Source: Auanema rhodensis (Eukaryota; Animalia; Nematoda). Taken from it: a stretch of 64,000 nt of DNA. The number at the start of each line of letters is the position of its first letter. The first letter of the stretch is position 1. The notes below the pieces were generated by a model. It was not told where the DNA came from and did no database searches. It saw only the letters and a list, made by a program, of their open reading frames with translations. This document shows, piece by piece, positions 1 through 12,947 of this stretch. The stretch lies in contig OZ059899.1 of NCBI GenBank assembly GCA_964057225.1, forward strand, positions 8,618,001 through 8,682,000, in the 5' to 3' direction. The position numbers and the translations under genes are program-made.

Positions 1-1627
1 GCAACCTCTTCAGAATGATGAAATGCTAAGAAAACCTGTAAGACTTTATAAAGTGCAGATAAAAACCTTTTTCTAATATTATAGCTTGATTCTTCACATG
101 GAGATATAAGAGAAAATGCTATACTTGGAGCTAGGCGTTCCTCTCTTCTTGATGATATTCCGTTATGCAAAGGAAATAGCAGGTGTGTAAGACGAGTTAA
201 ATATGATGCTTATGCTTATTTGCTTTCAGAATTTGTCAATTCATATCTTGTTCAGCTGAAAACTTTAAAAAAGATCCGGCTTTCGGAAACATCCAATTGG
301 GAGTTCAAGTATTAGGAGATGCCAAGCTTCGTAGTGCTATTAGCAGGTAATCCATTAAAACAGATTTTGTATTAACTATATGAAAGCCAAATATATCAAT
401 ACGTTTAAAGTAATCCTGAAGCAATCACAGCTGTTTGTAAAGAACAAGGAATGGATGAAAATCAATGTAAATTATTTTCAAAAGGATTTCAACTTATTGA
501 CAGGTAATTGAATTTCTTAAAGCAAATAAAAATATCCCATATGGTCATTTATCATATCATTTACCTTTTGTAATACTTATACTTCATTAGCATTTTGATT
601 TTTTGAAATAATCTTGTATCGTATAATATATACAAATGTTTTACGTCAAGGATATATCAATTAAATGCCATTTAGATACGGTTGTATATTTTCGGAAATC
701 AATACTTATTTATTTTATTTAGATTTATAACAACTATTGAAAAACCTGCGGACCATGGCGTCAAAACTGTTCAATCTGAACCTGTTCCAATTCCTATTCA
801 GAAAGATCCTGAGGTATAGTTTTTCTATAAATCAACCTTGTGCAATATTCATATTTTCAGCCGATGGATGATGAACCTGATTATGATTCGATGACATCAG
901 CAGCCACAGCTAGTGCTCCAGGAGCCTCTATAAGCGGAGGTTCCAAAACATGGGGAACAGGACAGAATCAAAATAAAGGTAAGTGTCTTAGGCTTATATG
1001 CAAGTATATGTTTCTATAGGTCAACTCATGGAGCTACAGAATGATTTAGTGGCTAGCCTCACTCCTCCACCATTATGGGGTTTAGTTCCACCTGTAGTTC
1101 CATTTACTCCTCCAGCACCACCTACTGCGCCACCTCTTGCATTCCCTACTGTACCTTCCTTCATTCTTCAACCGTTACATAACTTGGAAAAATATTTTTC
1201 GACTGATAAATACGGTTTAGGAACAGCTGATCAGTATAAAGTAATTGAAAATTTTTAATGTAATCATTGACCTTTTTATTTGAAGGTTGTTGAAACCAAT
1301 TCCATTACCCGCCTTAAAAGATCATCTCCTGATTTTTATGAAGACGATACTGTAGATCGTGTTAGAGAAAAACGAGACTACTATGACGAATTAAGTACTG
1401 GAGGGCACAACAGTGAACTGAAAGGTTTTATTCAAGCTAGGAACTGAGTTTTTAATTTTTTTTTTCCAGAGTCATCGGGAAATACTCCAATGTCTAAAAA
1501 GGCACCACCTAGAGGACGTGATGATGATTACTATGGAGGGATTGAGGAGGAAGAGCCTGATAGTACAAGTCCACAACCCCAAAATGGTTTAAGAAATTGT
1601 GTAAACATTCTTGGAATCATCAACTAG
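1..1627 (+). CDS. 3' portion of an unknown multi-exon, probably secreted/extracellular proprotein (Cys-containing helical domain, Pro-rich linker, dibasic cleavage sites); 5' end lies outside the window
   Basis: About 9 exons splice in frame through GT-AG introns: ...LLDDIPLCKGNSRICQFISCSAENFKKDPAF...AVCKEQGMDENQCKLFSKGFQLIDRFITTIE...PPPLWGLVPPVVPFTPPAPP...TRLKRSSPDFYEDDTVDRVREKRDYYDE...CVNILGIIN* (TAG 1625-1627). It loosely recalls nematode moulting protein MLT-8, but this is unverified. Confidence 0.75.
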
Positions 1628-2054
1628 TACTCGAATTAGAAAATATAATCAATTAATTCAGATATAACTTGATATTTCTTTCAGTTTCAAACTTTTTAAA
1701 TCAAAAATATTTTTACCACCTTATTCAAAATTTGGACTAGGTATTAAGCTTCTGGCTTCATTAGCCAACTTTGTTCATATGTATCTTAATCTGTTTTTTT
1801 TTTAATATTTAAATTGAAAATTCTGAGAATTTTCATTTCGGTGGTTTGAAACTGTATCATTTTGAAAACAGCGGGTTGTAGTTATTTTACACGAATTTGT
1901 TAATGTATATGATCTATTATATATATATAAATATATATATAAATAATAAAGAAATTGCATATTATCTTTTGAAAATATTGGACACGAACTTTCATTCCCA
2001 AATTATAAATATCTGTGTACAGTTCTAATCTAATATCCTGCCTATCAAAGGTAT

Positions 2055-2931
2055 TTACTTGGGTGGGCTAAGGTCGACTTTCTTTTTAGCCTCTGGGGCT
2101 GGTGCTGGAACAAATAAAGCTTATTCAAACACAAATCAATCAACTTACATTCTTGGAATTCGTTCCACTTCTGTTCAGTGTGTGCTATTCCTGTACGTAC
2201 TACATCAACGGTCTCGTGAGGATAACAGAAAGCAGCCATAGTGAAGAGACCAGTAGCTGTAGTAAAGGCACGTCCAAAGGAACCTCTTCAAAATTTTCAG
2301 ATAGATTATCAAGATAAACGGAATATTCACCTTTTTAAACCTAGAACAAATCCGGCCATACCTCCGACTGTTATAGCTCCGGCCTTAGGTAAAACAGTCC
2401 ATTCATCTTGCACATATGAATTGATTTCTAAAATGAAATAATGTTCAATAAGAGAATAGAAATATATGAACGTACTGTTGGCAGCTCCAGTAGCTTTATC
2501 AACAGCCCTATCTACGAAAGAAAATCTGCTCTAAAAGAATATATAAATAAAATAAACAAAGATCAAAATCTTACTACAACACGCTCATATTCTGTATTAA
2601 AAGCTTGACGAACAGTGGAGAATTCACGTTGAAGAGGTAGTGGTTCTTCAACAATGAATTTATATTGACCCTTTGGTTCATCTTCGGCATAAATGGGCAA
2701 CTAAAAACAGAGAAACAGTGAAAAAAAAAACGACACAAGAAAACCTCGTTTACAGTTGTTAATCTATTAACATCAGGGGTTCGCTGTTTAGCTTTAGTAG
2801 TTAAACTCCACCACTGCGAGAAAACATTACCCACCTAAATTTGTATGCATAAAAAAAATTTTGAAATAAAGAAAAACCTGAGCCGATGCATCGGTTATCT
2901 TTTCCACAACAGCCTTGTCGTCGGCAGTCAT
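2055..2931 (-). CDS. moma-1: MICOS subunit MIC26/MIC27 (apolipoprotein O family), MOMA-1 orthologue
   Basis: Spliced: MTADDKAVVEKITDASAQ|VGNVFSQWW...TTVNE|LPIYAEDEPKGQYKFIVEEPLPLQREFSTVRQ...|...WTVLPKAGAITVGGMAGFVLGLKR|GSFGRAFTTATGLFTMAAFCYPHETV...|...KKVDLSPPK*. The LPIY motif, the Gly-rich hydrophobic hairpin and the CYP motif are typical of the ApoO family. Confidence 0.85.
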
Positions 2932-3042
2932 TGCCTGTAAATATATTTATTGATATGAACATGGCATGTTGCTACATAAGTATATAAAAATATAGAGATC
3001 ACATATAATACAAAACAAAATATAGAATTCAAATATTAAATA

Positions 3043-3588
3043 TTATGAAGTCCATTTCAGACATCTAGTATCATTATGAACATCTCTACAACGTAAAGAA
3101 CAATAACGAGCTCCGCATCGAATACAAGTATATTTAGATAAAAATCCACATGCAGCACAGAAGTGACGAGCAGGAAGTTTGCTTGGTGGTGCTGTAGCTT
3201 TAATATACGCTTGTGCTATTTCTGGGTTATCTTTATTAGCGTGACTCTCTTCTTCTAATAGAACGTTGAAGTTCTTTCTGAACCGTTGTTTGGTGTGCTC
3301 GGATCGGATTTTTCTTCGTTTTCGCGGCGGCTCCTCTCCAGAAACACTTTTTCGTCCTTTGGTAACTGTGCCACCGACGTCGTTGTCATCGAATTTGGGT
3401 ATTGATTTATGCCATACTAGATTAGCGTGGGGATCTTCTTGGAAGTTATCCTGCTCTAAAGCAGCTAGTTGTCTTTTTAATCTCAAATTACGAGTAGTTT
3501 CATCAAGAACTCTTTGAGATTCAGTGATCTCAATACGGGCTGAATGTCGAGGCTGCGCCGCAGCTCCTATGGCACGCTGCATAACCAA
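3043..3588 (-). CDS. ZNHIT1: Zinc finger HIT domain protein 1 (Vps71/Swc6, SRCAP/SWR1 subunit), intronless
   Basis: 181-aa ORF with LAALEQDNFQEDPHA, RFRKNFNVLLEEE and a C-terminal zf-HIT (FCAACGFLSKYTCIRCGARYCSLRCRDVHNDTRC). Confidence 0.93.
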   Translation of the reverse strand: MVMQRAIGAAAQPRHSARIEITESQRVLDETTRNLRLKRQLAALEQDNFQEDPHANLVWHKSIPKFDDNDVGGTVTKGRKSVSGEEPPRKRRKIRSEHTKQRFRKNFNVLLEEESHANKDNPEIAQAYIKATAPPSKLPARHFCAACGFLSKYTCIRCGARYCSLRCRDVHNDTRCLKWTS

Positions 3589-3853
3589 TACTAGCCTAAG
3601 TGGAAAGTTTAGTTTAGTTAAGTTAAGTTTTAAGGTTAAAAGTTAAGCTTATCAAATATAGAAACTGTTAAGTGATAGAAAAGAGAAAAGAACAACTTAA
3701 AATAAAGTCTTGTATTCATATAATTAAGATAATTAGGAAAGTGTATTTATAACTGAATGCAAATGATTAATTATTATTATTATAAACAGTAGCTTAACTT
3801 TTAAAAAGAATAGAAACAAGATAAAATTTATTTTGTTGCAAGTGATGCATGGA

Positions 3854-3967
3854 AAAATGGGCGGAGCTATAAACACAGGGCAAGAAGGGTCAGAGCTTAA
3901 ACACTACTCTAATTTACCGTTTCCCATCATTTTATCTATGAATTACGGTTCAGATGTATGGTGAGTA
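3854..3967 (+). promoter_or_regulatory. Candidate core promoter (GC box + TATA) and non-coding first exon of the neprilysin-like gene; divergent from ZNHIT1
   Basis: AAAATGGGCGGAGC (3854-3867) is followed directly by TATAAA (3868-3873), with a strong donor G|GTGAGT at ~3961. Confidence 0.45.
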
Positions 3968-4789
3968 TTCTTGATGAATATAAGCTTTAACATAACAATC
4001 TGAATAATATAGATATAAGTATATATTTTTTATTTATTCATACAATTTGATCTGTTCTCATATCTCAAATCTCATACCTCTCTAGTTCTTCTTAATTAAA
4101 ATTTCAAACAACTGGCAATTTCATCAGAAAAAAATCACATAATGTGAATAAGTTTGACAGGGCTAGCTATACTTCTGTTTAGCCGAGACTATTTGCCTCG
4201 GGGTAGAAAGATGGAATGAGATAGAGAGACAACAATTACGAGATGAAATGAGAGAAAGAAAGTGAATATACTGTGTTTTGATTACGGATCGTCGTAGACA
4301 CGATCAGTTCTCCTTCTTCTTTCTCTCCTCTACCATCATCTCAAGCTACCTGTATCCAATTACACATCATGTGCTTCACCCATTACCATTACCTGTTCTT
4401 CATATGTCAGTTCAGCTTCACCCAACTTTTTTTTCGCATTTTTCATCCGGTCTCCAGCAATATCCGACGCGAATCATTGATGAAAGCTTGCGAATTTTTC
4501 TAAGTGTCATTTTCACGATGCACAATTTTTTCGAAAGAAGAAAATCTTGGATAAGAAAGAAAAAAATTGATCATTAGGTCATGAAATGAAACCACATATT
4601 CCTATTATTTCATATTAAAAAATGAACTAATATTCATTATTCTGGTAGTAATTATCAATAACTTTACATAAATATATATTGTAGTTATATTTTCTTTTCT
4701 TTTCCTTTTATTCTATTTTTTTTATTTCTTTTTATAACGTGTTTTAGGATAAAATTAGAGCAAAATATAAAACTATGAACGCTTGAAAA

Positions 4790-7700
4790 ATGACCAATTC
4801 ACGTATTCAAAGTCCAACTTCTTCGACATTTCCGTCTCCGCCACCTGTTTTAGCTCCTATCGCTGAGCAGGAGACAAGCGGATTGTCATCCAATGAAACA
4901 ACTCCTAATGTATCAGAAGGTTCAAGCTAATAATGAACAGGAGTTTAATTATATTTCTTAGAAATGAGTTTTGCTCGAGCGCAACGTATTGTACCTCCTG
5001 ATGATAGCTTAACAGAAGTGAGAGCTATACCAGCTCTTGTGATAGAGAATGATGAAGATCAACCAGAGCAACAACCAGTAACGGAAACTACTGCCAATCC
5101 TCCTACAAGCCAAAGAAATATTATTTTTCCAATTATGCCATTCTACAGTCGTAAAGAGTAAGATTTTATAATTTCATCTATTTCAAGTTTTAACTGATAT
5201 TATCGATCCTTAGATTAGAATAAAGCTTTATTAGGTTAGATTTCATAAAAACCTTTCTAGGTTTTTGTTTTATCTAAGCAAATAATGCTATACTATCCTT
5301 TAATGACAGCTTTAATGTAGTTTCTCATGCAGCTTATAAGTGGAATACGGTAGTTGATATATGTTTTTCCTTCCCTTACACAGTTCCTCTTCTTTTGAAC
5401 ATCCGATCATCAATGTTTTCTCTTATCCAAGGCGGTACACTTTTAATTATCTGAGCTAGTCTAAGTCCATTAGTCCACTTTATTTGCCCTCTTGTGAATC
5501 AATTTGAATGAAAGGTAAAAGACTAGATAATCCGTCAACTGAATCCCAACTATTTTTGCCTGAAATCACAAATCCCAATTCATTTGTTTGGCTTGGAAAA
5601 AGGTAAAACATCTCTATAAGCAATAGCTTTTGAAAACAAATCAAATGATTTTCGTTTTTTTGAACTTTGATTTGATTTTTACAAAACACTTCTAAACTAT
5701 ATTAAAAAGAGTGAAAAATAACTACATATAGAAAGTTTTGAATATAACTTGCATCAAGTTATAATTTTCAGTGGCTGCTCAAAATGTAATATATGGCTTG
5801 GATTGTTGTTTGTGTTATTTTTTCTACTTTCCATAGCTTTATTCCTTGTTTGGGCAATTACATCTGATGGATTCAAAAATTTAGGAAGTCAATCAAAAGT
5901 ATGTAATAGTAAAGAATGCATAAGTACAGGTAATATTCTCATTATAATATTTAAAAATTTATAAACTATGATTTTTAGCTTTCCGATTCTCTTCATATTT
6001 GGATGATAACATAGATCCATGTGAAAACTTTTATAGATTTTCCTGTTCAAAGTTTCATTTACTCAATAATGACCAACAGAAAAATTTTTTGGAAAAACAA
6101 ATGGAATCTACAAAACGGATTGTTTATAGTATGAAAATGTAGTCAAAATTATCAAATCAATTGATTTCGTTTAGGCTTACTGTCTTCCGATCCTGGGTCC
6201 GGCACAAAGAGTGCACGACTTGCGAAAACTTTATTTGAAACATGCATGAATGGAGCTGAAAGGTTATAATCTTATAAAATATAGCCATAATAAAATGACT
6301 TTATTATTTTTTAGAGCAAGAAATGGAAATTATCCACTGATAAACTTTTTAAGAAATTTTCCATGTGGCCCAATTTTGCCACAATGTCAAGATTTCAATG
6401 CCGATGTTTATAGGTAAGCCTATTACATTTAAAAAGTACTAAGTGAAAATCTTTTTCTACTAATTAAAGAAATAGTGGACTTCTTCATCAAGTTTTTATG
6501 TTGTATACGGTAGATTTAATGTGACTGATGAAGTGAGATGCCTCAAGTGCTTCTCAAACATTATGTACCGTATTACGTATCAGTAGGCAAACAAATGAAA
6601 GAATGACCAATAGCCAGAATATTCGCAAAGATTACACGAATTTCTAATTTTTGAAAAACAGAAAGAATAAGAAAAATAATATTTTTTATTGTTAATATAG
6701 TTAATATTGGTTAATATTACTAAACATATTACGCAATCCTTAAGTTTTCAGTTGGGAACGACATGTAGGGATGCTGACATGGTACGGTGGTGAAGGAAAT
6801 TTGGTCCAATATGGTAGAGATGTTGACCCAAAAGATAAAAGTCGATTAATTCTTCAGGTTATTCGTTAAGTGTTTTGACTTTGTTTTATCAATTTGATCT
6901 TTTTCCAGCTCAGACCACCGAATTTGGAAAATTGGATTGATCCACTGAGACAAGCATTAGTGCAGAATGTCCGTCCTACTACATCTGAAATAGATGTGCT
7001 CCTTTTGGATTCTATTCGGGCGGTATCACTCTAATAAAATTTTATTTATAAAAGAAAATCATAGAATCTTCTTTCGGAGTTTGTTGCTCACCAGTTATCA
7101 CGAGATCCACGAAGTATTGAAGGAATGTTGGAAGATTTAGCATTCTTTATGATTGAAATCAATGAAGTTAAATCAATGAAAATAGCTGATAATTTGAAAA
7201 ATATGTTTAGAATTCATCTCCATATATGAATTTGGATCGTAATACAACCTATATGACAATAGGAGAATTAATTAAAATAGTGCCTGAAGTAAGTGGCTAC
7301 TTCCGGTCATCACTATATTTGGTAAATAAATATAATATTTGTGTTTCAGATTAATTTTCGTGAGATGATGAATGCGGGTTTATCGACTATTTACAAATGG
7401 TCCGATAATGATATAGTAGCAGTTGAGGTAATCTTATAATATTAAAGTGAAATATCAATTATATTTTATTCAGAATTTGGCATATTTCAAATTCTTAGGA
7501 ACCATAACCAAGAAAACAAATAAACAAACAATATCCAATTATCTGCTGACTATTACTGGACTTAATCTCAGGCAGTATGGCTTTGATAATCGAACACAAT
7601 TCAGGTTTTTGAAAGAACAAAGAACATTAAAATAGAAACTCTGACAATATTTTCTTGCAGCTGGAGGGAATGTATTGATCAGCTTATGAGTTTTCAGCCA

Positions 7701-9222
7701 GTTGAAAAACTGTTCATTTTGAGTCGAAAATCATTCAAAGCTGAAAAAGTTTTTTTTCTGAATGAGATATCAAATATAGAATTTATTATTTTAGATAAAA
7801 GTATTTCTTGAATCATTAAAAGAAGATTTTCTTAATACACATCGTCAATATCCATTGCAATACTTATCGGAGATAAATCGAATGGCTTTTCTAGTTGGAT
7901 ATCCGCAACGTTTAGTTAATGAATACCTTGTGTGGCAACCATTTTCCGAAGTTTGAACGAATATTTCATTAAAAAGAAATTTTTTTCTTCTTGAAGATAT
8001 CTCTGAATCAAAGTGATTATTTTCAATCGGTGACAATAGCATTCAAAGCTCAATGGAATAATGACATGAAGAACATTGGTGTTTACTTGGATAGTGACGA
8101 CGCTCCTGTCTATCCAATATTGAAGCCTACACTTATCTATGAACCTCATTTATCAACGATAGGTTAGAAACTCTTTATGATTTAATCAAAGACAGGTTTT
8201 TTAAGTTTTACCGTTATCATTTTTACAAGAACCATTATCACTTCCTGGTGAAAATGTTCCATGGTATACAACATATGGAAGTTTAGGTGTAACAGTTCAT
8301 CAAATGATTTCAAAGGTTTTAAAATAATAATAAGAGGAATATTCTATTTTATTTCTAATTTTTAAAGATTTTCTGGACCAATAGAAACCAATCAAGTCAG
8401 AAGCAATGCTTGGATAGCACATACAGATCATTTTTAAATCCAAATTATCGAAATATGAATCTTGATGTTTGATATTCTTTTTTAGGAAAAAATAGTTTTA
8501 TAATTGGTTTTAGAATGATTTAGCTTATACTATTGAAATGGCCGATGCTTTGAAAACAACTCTCTATGGATATATCAAATGGGAAAGAGATAGCATGAAT
8601 TACAACGAACCATCCTTGCCTGCATATCAGAAATACGATAGCATCCAAAGTATGCTGATGAGTTTTGGAACGGTAAGTTTTCTGCTAAAAATGCAATATT
8701 TTCCTCTTTTTTTAATGATATGGTTCAATTCAAAATTACTCGTTTCTTTAGCTTTTCTGTAATACAGAAGGAACACAGCTTGGCTCTCAGTATGAAGCCA
8801 TGTGAGTTTATCTTGTTTTTATGTGTTCAAATATTAAAATTATAGAACAAGCGAGATAGAAAAGTTTTTCAGCAAAAGCATTTTTTGAACCAAATTTCAT
8901 GTGAATTCAAGTTTCAGTTAGGAATGCGTTGATTACTTTTGAGCTTAGAGTTACTCATCATAAATGAAAGTAGTCTTTTAAATTAATTTTTTTTTATTTT
9001 CATATTCTTTCTTTTTTTTTGGAAAGTAATTGTTAAGCTTGGACTAAAACTTGAGAGTAACTAATAATTTGCAGTGAATTAGTATCTAAACGGACGTCAT
9101 TTTACAAAATAATTTCTTTTTTCTTTAGGATAAACACAGCTGCAACAAATTCACAACGATTTAGTATGCATTTTCAATGTTCGAATACCTCGTTAGCTTT
9201 CAATAGACGAAATTGTGTTTAA
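4790..9222 (+). CDS. Neprilysin/M13-family type II membrane protein, predicted catalytically inactive
   Basis: About 20 exons: cytoplasmic N-terminus, TM helix (IWLGLLFVLFFLLSIALFLVWAIT), M13 stalk VCNSKECIS...IDPCENFYRFSC, LFETCMN, WRECIDQL, FLVGYP, LPLSFLQEP, YGSLG, C-terminal ...NSQRFSMHFQC...NCV*. HExxH is replaced by QMISK. Confidence 0.85.
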
Positions 9223-11479
9223 CTATATTTAGATTATTCACACGTTGAAGAACGGAATCCAATTTTTGTGTAAAAAACTGAAGAAACAATGTATATATAT
9301 TCGTGTTGCTGTTGCATTTTGTCAATTTTCTGCATTTCTTTTCCGAGTTTCCGATTATAAAAAACAAAACTCACGCTTTATGATACCTCCACGTTTGTTT
9401 CTTCTATCATCATAACTTTGATTTATTAATAAATTTAAAATAATTTAAGGCTTTTTTCTTTTGTTAGCTTATTAGCTTGTTTCCAAAAAAAAAAAACTAT
9501 TCTATAACAAAGCTCTTTTAACATATATATTTTCAATTTATATTGTATAGATATTAACGAAATATATAGTAAGTTACAATAAAAGAATAGTGAAATAATC
9601 GAAATATATAACTAAATCTATTATATTCATTAGTCTTGATACATGTTTTTGAAATTCTTTTGAATTGAATAGAAAAAATTAGCGAATATTTACTTTAACT
9701 TTCAGACATTTATAAAGAAAAATATAGTTTTTTTTCTTTATATAGTACTTATGTATATACAATATAACGTAAACTTATTCAAAATTGTCGTGAAAGTTTT
9801 ATATATTTCATAATTCAAGTCTGTTGAACATCGCAAACATGAACAAATTTTCTTTGAAATTGAATCTGAACTCATGATTTTACCACTGTACATGTTATAA
9901 CATACTTTACATTCAATATTTTCACTTATTATATATAAAATATTTAAACAATTATTTTGAATTCTCTCATAAACGTTTGAATAATTAGATTTTCTTATCT
10001 AATCTATAAAATTATTGAAATTTTTGTGTTTTTTGTATTGTCTTAAGTGAAAAGCATTTTATTTGTTTTTCATACAGTGTGAACCACTGAGAAATTCGTT
10101 TTGAGATCTTTGAATTCATATTTCATGTACATATTTGCAGGAAATATTTATAAATTTAAAAAAAAAGTTTATTATGTTCTTTACATAGACAAAAAAAATA
10201 ATATCTAGCTTGTTCTCTTAATATAAGTATGTGAGTCGATTATTTAAAATATAATTATAAACATGCTTGCTTTATAATATAAAATATTTTATAAAATGAT
10301 ATGTCTAACAACTTCATGATACATCATTTTTGATTTAAAATATAATTTTTAAACTTATATTAAGAGAAATATGTACATTTATATCTTTATAGTTAAAGTA
10401 CTGATTATAAATTTCTGATTTTTGATGAATAATTTCTTAAATAACATCTACAAAGATATTCAAATACACGTGTATTATATCTATTGATTTGTATTTCTGA
10501 TCTCTATTTATCTTATAAAATACTTTTTATATGAAACAGAATGTATATGCTTGTATTATAACTATAAACTATATCTAATATACATATATACATGTATAAG
10601 ATTTTTTGTTTTAAAGTTGTATAAATGGATTTTCTTCATACAATGTATATTGTTATAAGCTTAAGTTTCATACAATTTATATTGTCTTTCAGTTCAACAT
10701 TCAAGTTTTTTTTGCTATTATCATCAATTGAAAAGTTAATTAGTTTGAAGTTACATTCAAATACTTATATTAACTTATCTAAAATGAGATTTTACTCTTT
10801 TAATATATCTTATTATTAACTTATATATATATACATATATGTATATAAAGATGAATACACATAGTTATATATTATAAATATTTTTTTAAATATATACATC
10901 TATAGATGTATATGTATGTATGTATATTAATACTATACTTAATATATCTTATGTTATATGTATATCTCATTGAAGACTATTCAAAACTCAATCAATTAAT
11001 ATTTTTATTTCCTTATATATTCATTTATATCTTCTATATATATATATTCATTTATATATTATATGTTTTCAACTTAAACTTAAAAAAAAAAAAAGATAAC
11101 AAGTTCATAATCATAGAACAAAATTTTAAAATGAAGTTATAGAAAATTAAATTAATAAAATTTAAACGTTTATTAATTTTTATATTTTAAAATTACAATT
11201 ATTCATCAATATTTGAGTGTACATTTATTTGAATTGTTTTTATTCGTAGTCATTTTATATCTTTCCATATATATACATCTTTTTCTTTAAATTGAATATT
11301 TTTCTTATACGTATATGCATGTATATATCAATATATATATTCTACAATTCATATAGATAGATATATATATATATATGTACGTAAAGTATAAATAATATGT
11401 AGTATATACTCTTTATATTACAGATTTGCCATTAGCCACTATAGATTTTGCGTTAAAAGTTTGATTATTTGATACAATT

Positions 11480-12947
11480 ATGGGAGCATATGTATCAGTT
11501 GTCACTTGTACCACAGGAGGACAGATGCAGTTAGTATTATAACTATATTGTTTATATCATTTATCATTTATAATTTATAAATTTTGTTTCATTTTTCTGA
11601 ATTATTTTAGAAGACCCACTGTTTTACCAGCTGATGCAACACGCATTATGGATATATTACCACCATTTGTTATGTCTGATGTACATAAGTTATCTTTGAC
11701 TGTAAGTTTTTATATTATTATTTATTTACATATACATATAGATAGCTATTTCAATTAACTATATAACTTTTGAATGATAATTATTTTGTTTTTTAGAAAC
11801 ATTTTCATTCTACAATGTTGAAGCAAAAACCTGATATTTTTCATCGAACTATGTTACAATGTATTGTAAGCTCACCAAAAATTAATGAAATAATAGCATG
11901 TCAAAAGTATTGTTTCCGTGACTTATCAAAGTGGCCAAAGCTTGACCGTTTAAGGTTTGTTTTTTTTTTCAAAATTTGACCAAAAAATGTTATCACCAAA
12001 TTAACAATCATTGAAACCTGATTGAAGTGCTATTATGACTGGAAAAGTTGAAACAAAGTACAAAAGTAAAAGCTTTAGCAGTTTCTACTGCTCAATGAAA
12101 TCTTTTAAAATAGAAAACAATTAAAAAAACCAATTTTTCTAATTGTCACCAAAGTTTAAACATTTTTTTTGAAAATTTGAGCATTTCTCTTACCAATGTG
12201 TATTTAATGAGATATTTCTTCGAAACCTATAACTGAAATTCGCTAATTTCATATCAATTTTTATATTTTGAAAATCAAAAGATCATTATGACATATAATA
12301 TATAATTTATCAAAATTGAACTGAAATAACTTCATTTTTGTTATTTTTGTATATAATTTCGTATATTATATTATGATCTCAGCTTTTTTATCCATTTTCT
12401 GTCATTGTACTAGAAATTAAGCAAAATGACAATTTTTCTATGATAATTAAGATTCAATATATATATATATATACATATGTTATAAATATTTCTTAATAAT
12501 TCTTTTTTTTTCAGTCAGGGCCAAATAAATTTTTTTGATGCTTTGATATTTCTAAAGCATTTAGAGCCTGAAGCAGTTACAGAGTCTGTTTATACGCTTG
12601 GTATGTTGATAATATTGCAAAGCATTAATACAAAATTATTCTAATTTCAGGTGTTATTCATTATAATTATGCTCGATATGGTATGAAACCTCATTTTCTT
12701 GATCTTTGGCAACAGCAATTAACAAATGTAAGTATAACAATTAATATTGTAATAAATTATTTTTTCTTTTAAGAATTTGACAAAATTAAAATTTGAAGAT
12801 GAAAATGAAAAAACTATTTATTTACAAGCATTTACACTCATGAACAAATATATTGTTGATGTAATGAACATAGCATATGCTAAATCTCAACAAGATGCTG
12901 CACGATGTGAACGAAAATCAGATCGACCTAGAAAGAAAGGAGAATAA
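11480..12947 (+). CDS. Divergent nematode globin (GLB family) with predicted N-myristoylation/palmitoylation
   Basis: 6 exons: MGAYVSVVTC...|...[55 protein letters not shown]...VYTLG|VIHYNYARYGMKPHFLDLWQQQL...AFTLMNKYIVDVMNIAY...*. The F8 proximal His (LGVIH), the G-helix GMKPHFLDLW and the H-helix pattern are globin-like. Confidence 0.8.

Noticed and set aside
9400-11400. Extremely AT-rich tract with I/Y/F-rich ORFs
   Set aside because: Low-complexity TA-rich sequence; the ORFs are compositional artefacts.
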